From: a virus
Taxonomy: Duplodnaviria; Heunggongvirae; Uroviricota; Caudoviricetes
Direction: 5' to 3' (one strand)
DNA length: 33,848 bases
Virus record (IMG/VR): IMGVR_UViG_2925877141_000002
Positions within the stretch are counted from its first letter, which is position 1. Each line of letters begins with the position of its first letter. Positions 17,702 through 26,589 of this stretch are shown piece by piece. Position numbers and translations under genes: made by a program. The notes under the pieces are model-generated. The model was not told the DNA's origin. It did no database searches and saw only the letters and a program-made list of their open reading frames with translations.

Positions 17702-18415
17702 ATGCCATACATATGTTCTATCATTTTGGTGTTGAACTCGTTTGGTGTCCGAATTGGTAAAGAAGATATTTTGTTTAAAAAAGGAAATGCTGTCCTCATT
17801 GAATACAATTTAAAAGATCTTTTTTCGTCAAATACAGATCATCTAATGATCGTAGATGTTGAGGAGAAAACAGTTAATGATTTCTTTAAAAACTACACAC
17901 TCTCACCTTTTTCTGTAAGAAGGTTTTATCCGTCATACTTGATAGTAGAATGTGAAGATTTTTCATTGTTAAAGAACTTGGTTGCATGCTTGAATTGTGA
18001 TAGCAAAACCGTGGATGTAGTTAGAAATCAAATATCACTTGCATGTCTTGCTGTCTTATCTTCAGAGAAAATAGTGCAAAGTTTTTTGTTCGGAAGTCTT
18101 AATAGCTTAGGTTGTAAAGTTAAGGCTATTATTCACTCGGATATCTCAGCGTCATGGAGACTTTGTGATATATCTTCAAGATTATATATGAGCGAGAGTT
18201 TGTTAAAAAGAAAATTAAAAGACGAAGGATTATCGTTTAGTAAATTAATTCTTGAAGAACGAATGATGATGGCGCAAAGATTATTGATCTACAGTAACCA
18301 TACTGTCGGCAAGGTGGCGGGAATATGCGGGTATGACAATGCATCATATTTTGTAAGTGTTTTTAGAGGATATTTTGGTGTGCCTCCGCACCAATATTTA
18401 TCAAGATTTTCTTAG
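17702..18415 (+). CDS. AraC/XylS-family transcriptional regulator, A+T-rich gene
   Basis: C-terminal dual-HTH signature (...SLLKRKLKDEGLSFSKLILEERMMMAQRLL...ICGYDNASYFVSVFRGYFGVPPHQY); AGGTGG RBS; very A+T-rich gene and upstream region. Confidence 0.8.
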   Translation: MPYICSIILVLNSFGVRIGKEDILFKKGNAVLIEYNLKDLFSSNTDHLMIVDVEEKTVNDFFKNYTLSPFSVRRFYPSYLIVECEDFSLLKNLVACLNCDSKTVDVVRNQISLACLAVLSSEKIVQSFLFGSLNSLGCKVKAIIHSDISASWRLCDISSRLYMSESLLKRKLKDEGLSFSKLILEERMMMAQRLLIYSNHTVGKVAGICGYDNASYFVSVFRGYFGVPPHQYLSRFS

Positions 18416-18605
18416 AAGATATGATGTGATGGCATTTTATAAAGTTATTTTTTGAAGTGTAAGATTATACGATATTTTTAGCTACGCCAGAATAATTGCT
18501 GGCGTTTTTCTTTTTGAATAGATGTTCGGGCCTTACGCTAATGTAACTTCTTTCCTTCTTCGAACCAAACCGTGTACACCATCCGTTATCTGCGGAGGTG
18601 AGGCT

Positions 18606-18821
18606 ATGAAATCCATGGATAAGTTAACAACGGGCATCGCCTACAGCACCTCTGCAGGCAGTGCTGGCTACTGGTTTTTACAGTTGCTCGATAAAGTCAC
18701 ACCCTCACAGTGGGCGGCAATAGGTGTATTGGGTAGTCTGGTATTTGGCATGCTGACGTATCTGACAAACCTTTATTTCAAGATTAAAGAAGACAGGCGT
18801 AAGGCTGCGAGAGGAGAGTAA
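18606..18821 (+). CDS. Class II holin / pinholin (phage 21 S21-like) with dual-start motif
   Basis: [71 protein letters not shown]; two in-frame ATGs (18606, 18615); GGAGGTGAGG RBS. Confidence 0.85.
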   Translation: MKSMDKLTTGIAYSTSAGSAGYWFLQLLDKVTPSQWAAIGVLGSLVFGMLTYLTNLYFKIKEDRRKAARGE

Positions 18822-18825
18822 GACA

Positions 18826-19044
18826 ATGACTAAAAACTATGAACTGATTGTGAAAGGGACCCGCAATTTTGAGAATAAAGTTACGGTAATCTTAACGTTA
18901 CAGGACAAAGAACGTTTTGCCGGTGAAATTTTTGATCTGAACATCAACCTTGAGCGACTTGAAGGAGCTGGTTTGGATTATTATGAAGTTACTGCGGTAA
19001 AACATGCCAAACAGTTCTTGAGAGATTTGGCTGAAAAAATATAA
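18826..19044 (+). CDS. Hypothetical protein inserted between holin and endolysin
   Basis: 72 aa, AGGAGAG RBS, starts 5 nt after the holin stop. Confidence 0.45.
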   Translation: MTKNYELIVKGTRNFENKVTVILTLQDKERFAGEIFDLNINLERLEGAGLDYYEVTAVKHAKQFLRDLAEKI

Positions 19045-19062
19045 AGCGGCATTACTGCCGCT
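19045..19062. terminator. Bidirectional hairpin terminator between convergent ORFs (AGCGGCA-TTAC-TGCCGCT)
   Basis: Perfect 7-bp stem exactly between the two stop codons (19042-44 and 19069-71); U-rich tract follows on the minus-strand transcript, weaker on plus. Confidence 0.6.
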
Positions 19063-19068
19063 TAGAAA

Positions 19069-19365
19069 TTATTCAATGTCTGGTAGCTTATCAAAGATTT
19101 CGGATACTCTTATATTTGTCATATAAGCAAATTGAGATTCTGCCAGCTCTTTGGGTGATTTTCCCGCTTTTTCTGAGCCAAAAATTGTTTCTAAAGCCAG
19201 CATGTTATATTTGAGAACCTCTTCTCGAGTTTTACCTGATAATTTTGCGGTAACAGCAATATAAAAAGGCAACACTTTATCCAGAAGGTCGTTGTGTTTT
19301 GTCAGTTGTGGTAATACCACATCAAGTTGCTTACTGATTGGTTTGAATGGATCTATACCGTTCAT
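19069..19365 (-). CDS. Hypothetical protein, opposite strand, inside the lysis cassette
   Basis: 98 aa, AAGGGA RBS; convergent with the 72-aa ORF. Confidence 0.45.
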   Translation of the reverse strand: MNGIDPFKPISKQLDVVLPQLTKHNDLLDKVLPFYIAVTAKLSGKTREEVLKYNMLALETIFGSEKAGKSPKELAESQFAYMTNIRVSEIFDKLPDIE

Positions 19366-19492
19366 AGTTACATTCCCTTATCAGAGGTAATCAGCCATCC
19401 CCCCTTTATTACACACGCCAGTATCCACCACTGACGGGCTGAGTGCTTAACATATCTAGAGATTAGAAACTGATAAATCCTGATAAATATCC

Positions 19493-20520
<1,028 letters not shown>

Positions 20521-20883
20521 ATTAATATTAAATCGGATTATTTTTAGCGCTGAATGTGAAATTTAAATAAAAAGGACTCTTCCATGAGTCAAAATCCTTG
20601 AAATCTTAAGGGTAAGATAAAAGGTCATTAGACAGAATGACACGTTTTATTAATAAATAAAGCTATTGTTTCATTCGTGTGTTTTTCTTTACAAAAGTAA
20701 TCCTTGCTATGGTTGGTTAATCATGCGTTAATGGTGTTCTGGTTTGTTACAAAATTATCTGAAGCAGTCATTGTTATAATTTTATTATTTGTACCTCTTG
20801 AGATTTCCTTGTTGGTTTTTCTCTCTGATATTTTTTTTCGGACCATTCTGCCCAAGGGCTAACTTCTTCAAAAGGTAATAATG

Positions 20884-21096
20884 ATGTCTAACAAAATGAC
20901 TGGTTTAGTGAAATGGTTTAACCCTGAAAAAGGTTTTGGTTTCATCACGCCGAAAGATGGTAGCAAAGATGTGTTTGTCCATTTCTCAGCTATTCAGAGC
21001 AACGATTTCAAAACGTTAACTGAGAATCAGGAAGTCGAATTTGGTATTGAGAACGGACCTAAAGGCCCCGCGGCTGTTCATGTTGTGGCACTTTGA
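20884..21096 (+). CDS. cspI: CspA-family cold-shock protein (CspI/CspB-like)
   Basis: 70 aa [38 protein letters not shown]...; long A+T-rich leader 20521-20880. Confidence 0.9.
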   Translation: MSNKMTGLVKWFNPEKGFGFITPKDGSKDVFVHFSAIQSNDFKTLTENQEVEFGIENGPKGPAAVHVVAL

Positions 21097-21295
21097 GGTA
21101 GAAAATATTACAAACCATATTCACTTTAGATGCCCGTGTTGCCATGGTTCTCAGTATAGAACATCATCTTTTGATGTTTCTGACAGGAATCCTTTCGGGG
21201 CAAAATGTATCTTTTGTAAATCAATGATGATTACATTTGATAATATTTCACAATACTTAAATGTTAGCCGTCTGTCGTTAGATTTAAGAAAGTGA
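21080..21295 (+). CDS. Small zinc-ribbon protein (CPCCH...CxxC)
   Basis: About 71 aa; only available start overlaps the csp 3' end; terminator follows. Confidence 0.4.
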   Translation: MLWHFEVENITNHIHFRCPCCHGSQYRTSSFDVSDRNPFGAKCIFCKSMMITFDNISQYLNVSRLSLDLRK

Positions 21296-21302
21296 AAATG
21301 AA

Positions 21303-21323
21303 GGCTCCTTCGGGAGCTTTTTT
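21303..21323 (+). terminator. Rho-independent terminator
   Basis: GGCTCC-TTCG-GGAGC followed by TTTTTT. Confidence 0.7.
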
Positions 21324-21367
21324 GCTTAGTGTCTAGTCGATGGATACTCACATATTACGGTAACATT

Positions 21368-21598
21368 ATGAAAAAAATAATAGTTTTTTTTAACTCTGAA
21401 CCAGCAATGGTAGTGCCAGTGATGACCGGAGTTAACACCATCATACGTGAATATCCAAATGGCGAAACAACACACCTCACTGTAATGGCTGCAGGGTTTC
21501 CATCTCTGACCGGAGATCATAAAGTCATTTATGTAGCAGCGGATCGGCATGTAACTTCAGAAGAAATTCTGGAAGCAGCAATGAGACTCTTGAATTGA
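21368..21598 (+). CDS. Hypothetical 76-aa protein (YmcE/YnfN-position, cold-shock cluster)
   Basis: MKKIIVFFNSEPAMVVPVMTGVNTIIREYPNGETTHL...; position only. Confidence 0.4.
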   Translation: MKKIIVFFNSEPAMVVPVMTGVNTIIREYPNGETTHLTVMAAGFPSLTGDHKVIYVAADRHVTSEEILEAAMRLLN

Positions 21599-21770
21599 TT
21601 TGATTCTAATGCATTGATAATAAATGATAATCATCTTTATCTGTTTGTGTGAAATTTAGACCGTCGTATGTTGATTATTGCGATGTTTCATCTTATCTTT
21701 TATACGTTTGCTCCATATAATTGACACTACTGTGTACCAGGAAAGTCATAACAGACTAAAAGAGGAAATG

Positions 21771-21944
21771 ATGAACATTGAAGAGTTAAAAACAAAAACA
21801 GAAGCAGATATTTCTGAATATATAACAAAAAAAATCATTGAGCTTAAGAAAAAGACCGGGAAAGAAGTTACCAGTATCCAGTTTACTGCACGGGAAAAAA
21901 TGACTGGTCTTGAAAGCTATGATATCAAGATTGATTTAATCTAG
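21771..21944 (+). CDS. gnsB: GnsA/GnsB-family protein
   Basis: 57 aa MNIEELKTKTEADISEYITKKIIELKKKTGKEVTSIQFTAREKMTGLESYDIKIDLI; AGAGGA RBS. Confidence 0.7.
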   Translation: MNIEELKTKTEADISEYITKKIIELKKKTGKEVTSIQFTAREKMTGLESYDIKIDLI

Positions 21945-22239
21945 TCTGTTTATAGCATTAGCATCAATTTCTCATCAGATGCTATTCAACAATACAAATT
22001 ACCCATAAACCTCGTTTTTACGGGGTTTTGTTATATTTAAACATTACCGAATAGGTATAAATCTCGATTGTCGATGGTATTGGTTGTGTGACAATACCTA
22101 GTCTTTTCGGTATGCCTGAAGAGAATACAAACGACAGATTATGTAAGGGAAACGCGCTGAATCTTTCACTCTTTCATGCTGAGTGATTTGACGTTATATT
22201 TTTAGCCGTAAGTGAAGAGCAAACGCATGGAGCGACAAA

Positions 22240-22446
22240 ATGCATAAAGATCAATACACTGATGCCCCCTCCCAGGAGCAGGTTCGTGTAAAAACTATGC
22301 TTAATAGCACCATTTCGATGGGTTACCCGGATGTTGTAATTGCATGTATAGAACATCAAGTGTCTCTGGAAGCATTCAGGGCAATTGAGGCCGCGTTAGT
22401 AAAGCACGATAAGAATACGAAGGATTATTCCCTGGTGGTTGACTGA
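22240..22446 (+). CDS. Hypothetical protein
   Basis: 68-aa ORF; no recognisable motifs. Confidence 0.3.
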   Translation: MHKDQYTDAPSQEQVRVKTMLNSTISMGYPDVVIACIEHQVSLEAFRAIEAALVKHDKNTKDYSLVVD

Positions 22447-22789
22447 TCACCATAACTGCTAACCATTCTGACCATTTCACAAGTGACAGAGTCAATATCG
22501 TATTCTGTCACTGTCAGGCTAATACAGCAATGCAATTCAACTACAGCAATGCCTCGTATTTAGGTGAATTTACAATATCGTCCAGTTCGGATGCCGGCTG
22601 CATTTCTGAAGATAAGGCATTTCGGTTCTCGTATTTTCCCCTCATGCTCGTCAGTCCTGCGCGTAGTAAGAGACAGGACACTCACACTAATTTGTGTGGG
22701 CATGCTGTGATGTCCTTCTGAATTATCCCCATGCCATTATGTAAAGCTCTGTTACAGATGCTCGTCACGGTTGTCAGGCTGTCGGGTCC

Positions 22790-22812
22790 TCCCAGTGGGG
22801 GGCCCTGCCACG
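22790..22812. other. Candidate cohesive-end site (cosN-like, ACGGGGCGGGAGCGTCGCGG) upstream of the Nu1-like gene
   Basis: Resembles lambda cosN (GGGCGGCGACCT) as recalled, followed by an A+T-rich stretch; correct position relative to the small terminase gene. Confidence 0.45.
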
Positions 22813-22998
22813 GGGCGGGAGCGTCGCGGAAAAAGGCTAGTTTTTGAAATTTTATTCGTCATCACCACTACTGTAATTGATTGATATTACAGTGGTTTTA
22901 TTTTTATGGTGTCGATTCTGATTGTTTTTTGTTCATCGCTAACACCGTTTGCCTAAAGTTGTTCGCAAGATGCATGTTTTAAACATTCTGGAGCGGGT

Positions 22999-23196
22999 AT
23001 GGATCGAGAGTTAAAAAATCTGACGCTGAATATCAGTCAACTGGCGGCATTGTCAGGTGTACATCGCCAGACTGCTGCGGCAAGGCTGCAAAATCTACCC
23101 GTTGCAGGGGGGCATGAAAGCAACCTCAAGCTTTATCGGGTGGTTGATATTGTGTCGGCATTTCTGGCATTACCACCGCCGGTTCCGGACCGGTGA
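22999..23196 (+). pseudogene. Terminase small subunit (Nu1-like) N-terminal fragment, 65 codons
   Basis: N-terminal HTH resembles Nu1 (QLAALSGVHRQTAAARLQNLPVAGGHESNLKLY); full-length Nu1-family proteins are about 180 aa; no terminase large subunit gene follows. Confidence 0.5.
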
Positions 23197-23453
23197 TGCC
23201 GTGGATTGACCCTGTTAAGGAGGCTGAGGCCTGGAAAATTCAGATTCGTGGTGGAGCGGCGACAGAATCAGACTGGGTACGTGCAGGTGGTCGTAATCCG
23301 GATGATGTCAAACGTCGGCGCAAGGCCGAAATTGATGAAAACCGCAAGCTGGATCTGGTATTTGATACCGATCCGGCCAGTGATAAAGGAGGCAGCAGTG
23401 CCGCAACGAAACGACAGGAGCCGCAGCACACCGACGACCAGTCCGAAGAATAA
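23193..23453 (+). pseudogene. Probable C-terminal remnant of a portal protein gene
   Basis: 86-aa charged ORF directly upstream of the head protease gene, where portal normally lies; assignment by position. Confidence 0.35.
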
Positions 23454-23466
23454 TTCCTGGTTCAGG

Positions 23467-25425
23467 ATGCAGGCAGGTCACCAGAGTGACGCGGATATTT
23501 ATATTTATGACGAGATTGGTTTCTGGGGTGTTACAGCGAAGCAGTTTATCAGTGATCTGAATGCACTGGGCGATATCACCCACATTAATCTCCATATTAA
23601 TTCACCGGGTGGCGATGTCTTTGAAGGCATCGCCATTTTTAATGCACTGAAAACACATGGTGCGTCCATTACCGTTTATGTCGACGGTGTGGCGGCGTCA
23701 ATGGCGTCGGTCATTGCGATGGTGGGAAACCCGGTCATTATGCCGGAAAACTCCTTCATGATGATTCATAAACCATTTGGCTTTACGGGCGGTGATGCGG
23801 AGGACATGCGCACCTATGCCGACCTGCTCGATAAAGTTGAGGCGGTTCTGTTACCCGCTTATGCACAGAAAACCGGGAAAACCACCGATGAAATTGCTGC
23901 CATGCTGGCGGATGAGACCTGGATGTCCGGTGCCGAATGTCTGGCACAGGGATTTGCTGATCAGGTGACACCAGCCGTTAAGGCAATGGCATGTATTCAG
24001 TCAAAACGTACAGAGGAATTTAAAAAGATGCCGGAATCCATTCGAAACATGATTACTCCGCCACGCAACAGTGCTCCACGCGTACAGGATGATGAACCTG
24101 CAGCCTCCCGGACGCCAGTGCAGGCAGCAGCACCCGTGGTGGATGAAAACAGTATCCGTGCGCAGGTACTGGCAGAGCAAAAAGCGCGTGTAAACGGTAT
24201 TAATGATCTGTTTGCCATGTTTGGCGGGCGTTATCAGACGCTGCAGGCCCAGTGTCTTGCCGATCCTGAATGTTCGCTGGAGCAGGCCCGTGAAAAGCTG
24301 TTGAACGAGATGGGGCGCGAGTCCACGCCATCCAATAAAAATACCCCGGCTCATATTTATGCCGGTAACGGTAATTTTGTGGGGGACGGGATTCGCCAGG
24401 CGCTGATGGCGCGTGCCGGATTTGAAAAAACCGAACGTGATAATGTCTACAACGGGATGACCCTGCGTGAATATGCCCGTATGTCACTAACTGAACGGGG
24501 TATTGGGGTTTCCGGTTATAACCCGATGCAGATGGTCGGTGCGGCGTTCACACACAGTACGTCTGACTTCGGTAATATTCTGCTGGATGTTGCGAACAAA
24601 GCCATTCTGCAGGGCTGGGAAGATGCCCCTGAAACCTATGAACAGTGGACGCGGAAAGGTCAGTTGTCTGATTTTAAAATTGCCCATCGTGTGGGTATGG
24701 GGGGCTTCAGTGCTCTACGTCAGGTGCGTGAAGGGGCGGAATATAAATACGTCACCACCGGAGATAAACAGGCCACTATTGCACTGGCGACCTATGGCGA
24801 GCTGTTCAGTATCACCCGTCAGGCCATTATCAATGATGATCTGAATATGCTGACCGATGTCCCGATGAAACTGGGCCGTGCGGCGAAATCCACTATTGCC
24901 GATCTGGTTTATGCCATTCTGACGTCTAACCCGAAAATCTCCACAGATAATGTAAGTCTGTTCGATAAAGCGAAACATGCAAACGTACTGGAGAGCGCTG
25001 CAATGGACGTGGCATCGCTGGATAAAGCCCGCCAGTTGATGCGCGTTCAGAAAGAGGGGGAGCGTCATCTGAATATTCGTCCTGCGTTCGTACTGGTACC
25101 GACGGCGATGGAGTCTGTTGCTAACCAGGTCATTCGCTCCTCAAGTGTCAAGGGGGCTGACATTAACGCCGGTATTATTAACCCGGTGAAAGATTTTGCG
25201 ACCGTTATTGCAGAGCCTCGTCTTGATGATAACAGCCAGACCACCTTCTACCTGGCTGCGTCAAAAGGCTCCGATACGATTGAAGTGGCTTATCTCAACG
25301 GTGTGGATACGCCATATATTGATCAGATGGAGGGCTTCAGTGTGGATGGCGTGACAACGAAAGTGCGTATTGACGCCGGTGTCGCGCCAGTTGATCACCG
25401 CGGTCTGGTGAAATGTACGGCGTAA
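23467..25425 (+). CDS. Prohead protease (ClpP-like) fused to scaffold-like linker and HK97-like major capsid protein
   Basis: 652 aa; N-terminal ClpP-like core (IYIYDEIGFWGV...HINLHINSPGGDVFEGIAIFNAL...ASMASVIAMVG), coiled-coil middle, capsid-like C-terminus. Confidence 0.75.
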   Translation: MQAGHQSDADIYIYDEIGFWGVTAKQFISDLNALGDITHINLHINSPGGDVFEGIAIFNALKTHGASITVYVDGVAASMASVIAMVGNPVIMPENSFMMIHKPFGFTGGDAEDMRTYADLLDKVEAVLLPAYAQKTGKTTDEIAAMLADETWMSGAECLAQGFADQVTPAVKAMACIQSKRTEEFKKMPESIRNMITPPRNSAPRVQDDEPAASRTPVQAAAPVVDENSIRAQVLAEQKARVNGINDLFAMFGGRYQTLQAQCLADPECSLEQAREKLLNEMGRESTPSNKNTPAHIYAGNGNFVGDGIRQALMARAGFEKTERDNVYNGMTLREYARMSLTERGIGVSGYNPMQMVGAAFTHSTSDFGNILLDVANKAILQGWEDAPETYEQWTRKGQLSDFKIAHRVGMGGFSALRQVREGAEYKYVTTGDKQATIALATYGELFSITRQAIINDDLNMLTDVPMKLGRAAKSTIADLVYAILTSNPKISTDNVSLFDKAKHANVLESAAMDVASLDKARQLMRVQKEGERHLNIRPAFVLVPTAMESVANQVIRSSSVKGADINAGIINPVKDFATVIAEPRLDDNSQTTFYLAASKGSDTIEVAYLNGVDTPYIDQMEGFSVDGVTTKVRIDAGVAPVDHRGLVKCTA

Positions 25426-25448
25426 ACGTCGCAGACAACAACTCTGAT

Positions 25449-25468
25449 GGCCCGTAAGGGCTTTTTTT
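25449..25468 (+). terminator. Terminator-like hairpin after the capsid gene
   Basis: GGCCC-GTAA-GGGC followed by TTTTTTT; a second hairpin AGCCCC-TGAAC-GGGGCT follows at 25481-25497. Confidence 0.5.
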
Positions 25469-25511
25469 GTACCTGAAATCAGCCCCTGAACGGGGCTGTG
25501 CGGAGACAGTT

Positions 25512-25835
25512 ATGGCAAAGAATTTTGTAGAAGAAGGAAAAACGGTGGCGATTGTTGCCAGTGCAGCCATCAGCAGCGGAGATCTGGTGCAGGTGGGCGA
25601 TGTTTTTGCGGTGGCGCTGACCGATATTCCACAGGGTGAAACAGGCGACGGCATGACCGAAGGTGTGTTTATGCTGCCTAAGCTGAAAACGGATGACATG
25701 AAAACGGGTAAGAAGGTTTATCTGAAGTCCGGAAAAGTTCAGCTGACTAACAGCGGCTCTGATCCGCTGGTCGGGGTTGTCTGGGCAGATGCCGGAACCA
25801 GTGCAGAAGAAGTGCCGGTAAAACTCAATGTCTGA
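25512..25835 (+). CDS. Small phage head protein (possible DUF2190/decoration-like)
   Basis: 107 aa MAKNFVEEGKTVAIVASAAISSGDLVQVGDVFAVAL...; GGAGACAG RBS. Confidence 0.5.
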   Translation: MAKNFVEEGKTVAIVASAAISSGDLVQVGDVFAVALTDIPQGETGDGMTEGVFMLPKLKTDDMKTGKKVYLKSGKVQLTNSGSDPLVGVVWADAGTSAEEVPVKLNV

Positions 25836-26103
25836 TCCCTTTTCCCGGCTGGCAGCGCGTATGGATGCTATCACGGTCAGAAAGATGGGAAAGACAGCCT
25901 CGATTAATGATGTCGATATGACTGTGATCCCGGGAGAAACACTGGCAGAGCTGAATGCTCTGTCCGGACCTGCGGTCTCTCTGGTGGTGTTTTCTTCGGG
26001 ATACCGCCCACGGCGCGGGGATCGCGTTGTTTATGACGGACAACAATGGACGGTCACACGGCATGAACGTTTTAACGGTAAGCCAATGATCTTTATTGAG
26101 TAA
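25828..26103 (+). CDS. Head-tail joining/connector-like protein
   Basis: 91 aa, overlaps the preceding gene by 8 nt; assignment by position and size. Confidence 0.45.
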   Translation: MSDPFSRLAARMDAITVRKMGKTASINDVDMTVIPGETLAELNALSGPAVSLVVFSSGYRPRRGDRVVYDGQQWTVTRHERFNGKPMIFIE

Positions 26104-26114
26104 AGAGGTGTGGG

Positions 26115-26525
26115 ATGAAGGGGCTTGAGAATGCCATCCGTAATCTGAACAGCCTTGATACCCGTATGGTGCCACAGGCCAGCGCATGGGCGATAAACCG
26201 TGTGGCACAGAAAGCGGTCTCGGTCGCCACCCGGCAGGTTGCCGGGAATACCGTTGCGGGAGATAACCAGGTGGCGGGTGTGGCTTACAGCCGTGTGTCG
26301 ACTTTCTCCGGGGATTATCTCCGCGTAACTGACAACAAGGGGAAAACGCACGATGTGCTGACCGGAAGTGATGACGGTCGCCACAGCAACATGTCTCTGG
26401 CGTGGGGGGCTGGCGTGCAGTTTAACCCGACCGAATCCGTGGCCATTGATGTCGCTTATGAAGGCTCCGGCAGTGGCGACTGGCGCACTGACGGTTTCAT
26501 CGTGGGTGTCGGTTATAAGTTCTGA
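26115..26525 (+). CDS. lom: Chimeric ORF: N-terminal about 50 aa of a tail-region gene fused to the C-terminal about 85 aa of Lom outer-membrane protein
   Basis: C-terminus SLAWGAGVQFNPTESVAIDVAYEGSGSGDWRTDGFIVGVGYKF closely matches the lambda Lom C-terminus as recalled; N-terminus MKGLENAIRNLNSLDTRMVPQ... is unrelated and has no signal peptide. Confidence 0.7.
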   Translation: MKGLENAIRNLNSLDTRMVPQASAWAINRVAQKAVSVATRQVAGNTVAGDNQVAGVAYSRVSTFSGDYLRVTDNKGKTHDVLTGSDDGRHSNMSLAWGAGVQFNPTESVAIDVAYEGSGSGDWRTDGFIVGVGYKF

Positions 26526-26551
26526 TTAGCCAGGTAACACAGTGTTATGAC

Positions 26552-26579
26552 AGCCCGCCGGTTCAGGCGGGCTTTTTTG
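26552..26579 (+). terminator. Rho-independent terminator between lom and stf
   Basis: AGCCCGCC-GGTTCA-GGCGGGCT followed by TTTTTT. Confidence 0.75.
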
Positions 26580-26589
26580 TGGGGTGAAT

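Noticed and set aside
23240-25068. Multiple minus- and plus-strand ORFs (60-117 aa) within the protease-capsid gene
   Set aside because: Embedded in a long coding region with strong protein-level signal in the annotated frame; Arg/Cys/His-rich translations typical of GC-rich alternative frames.
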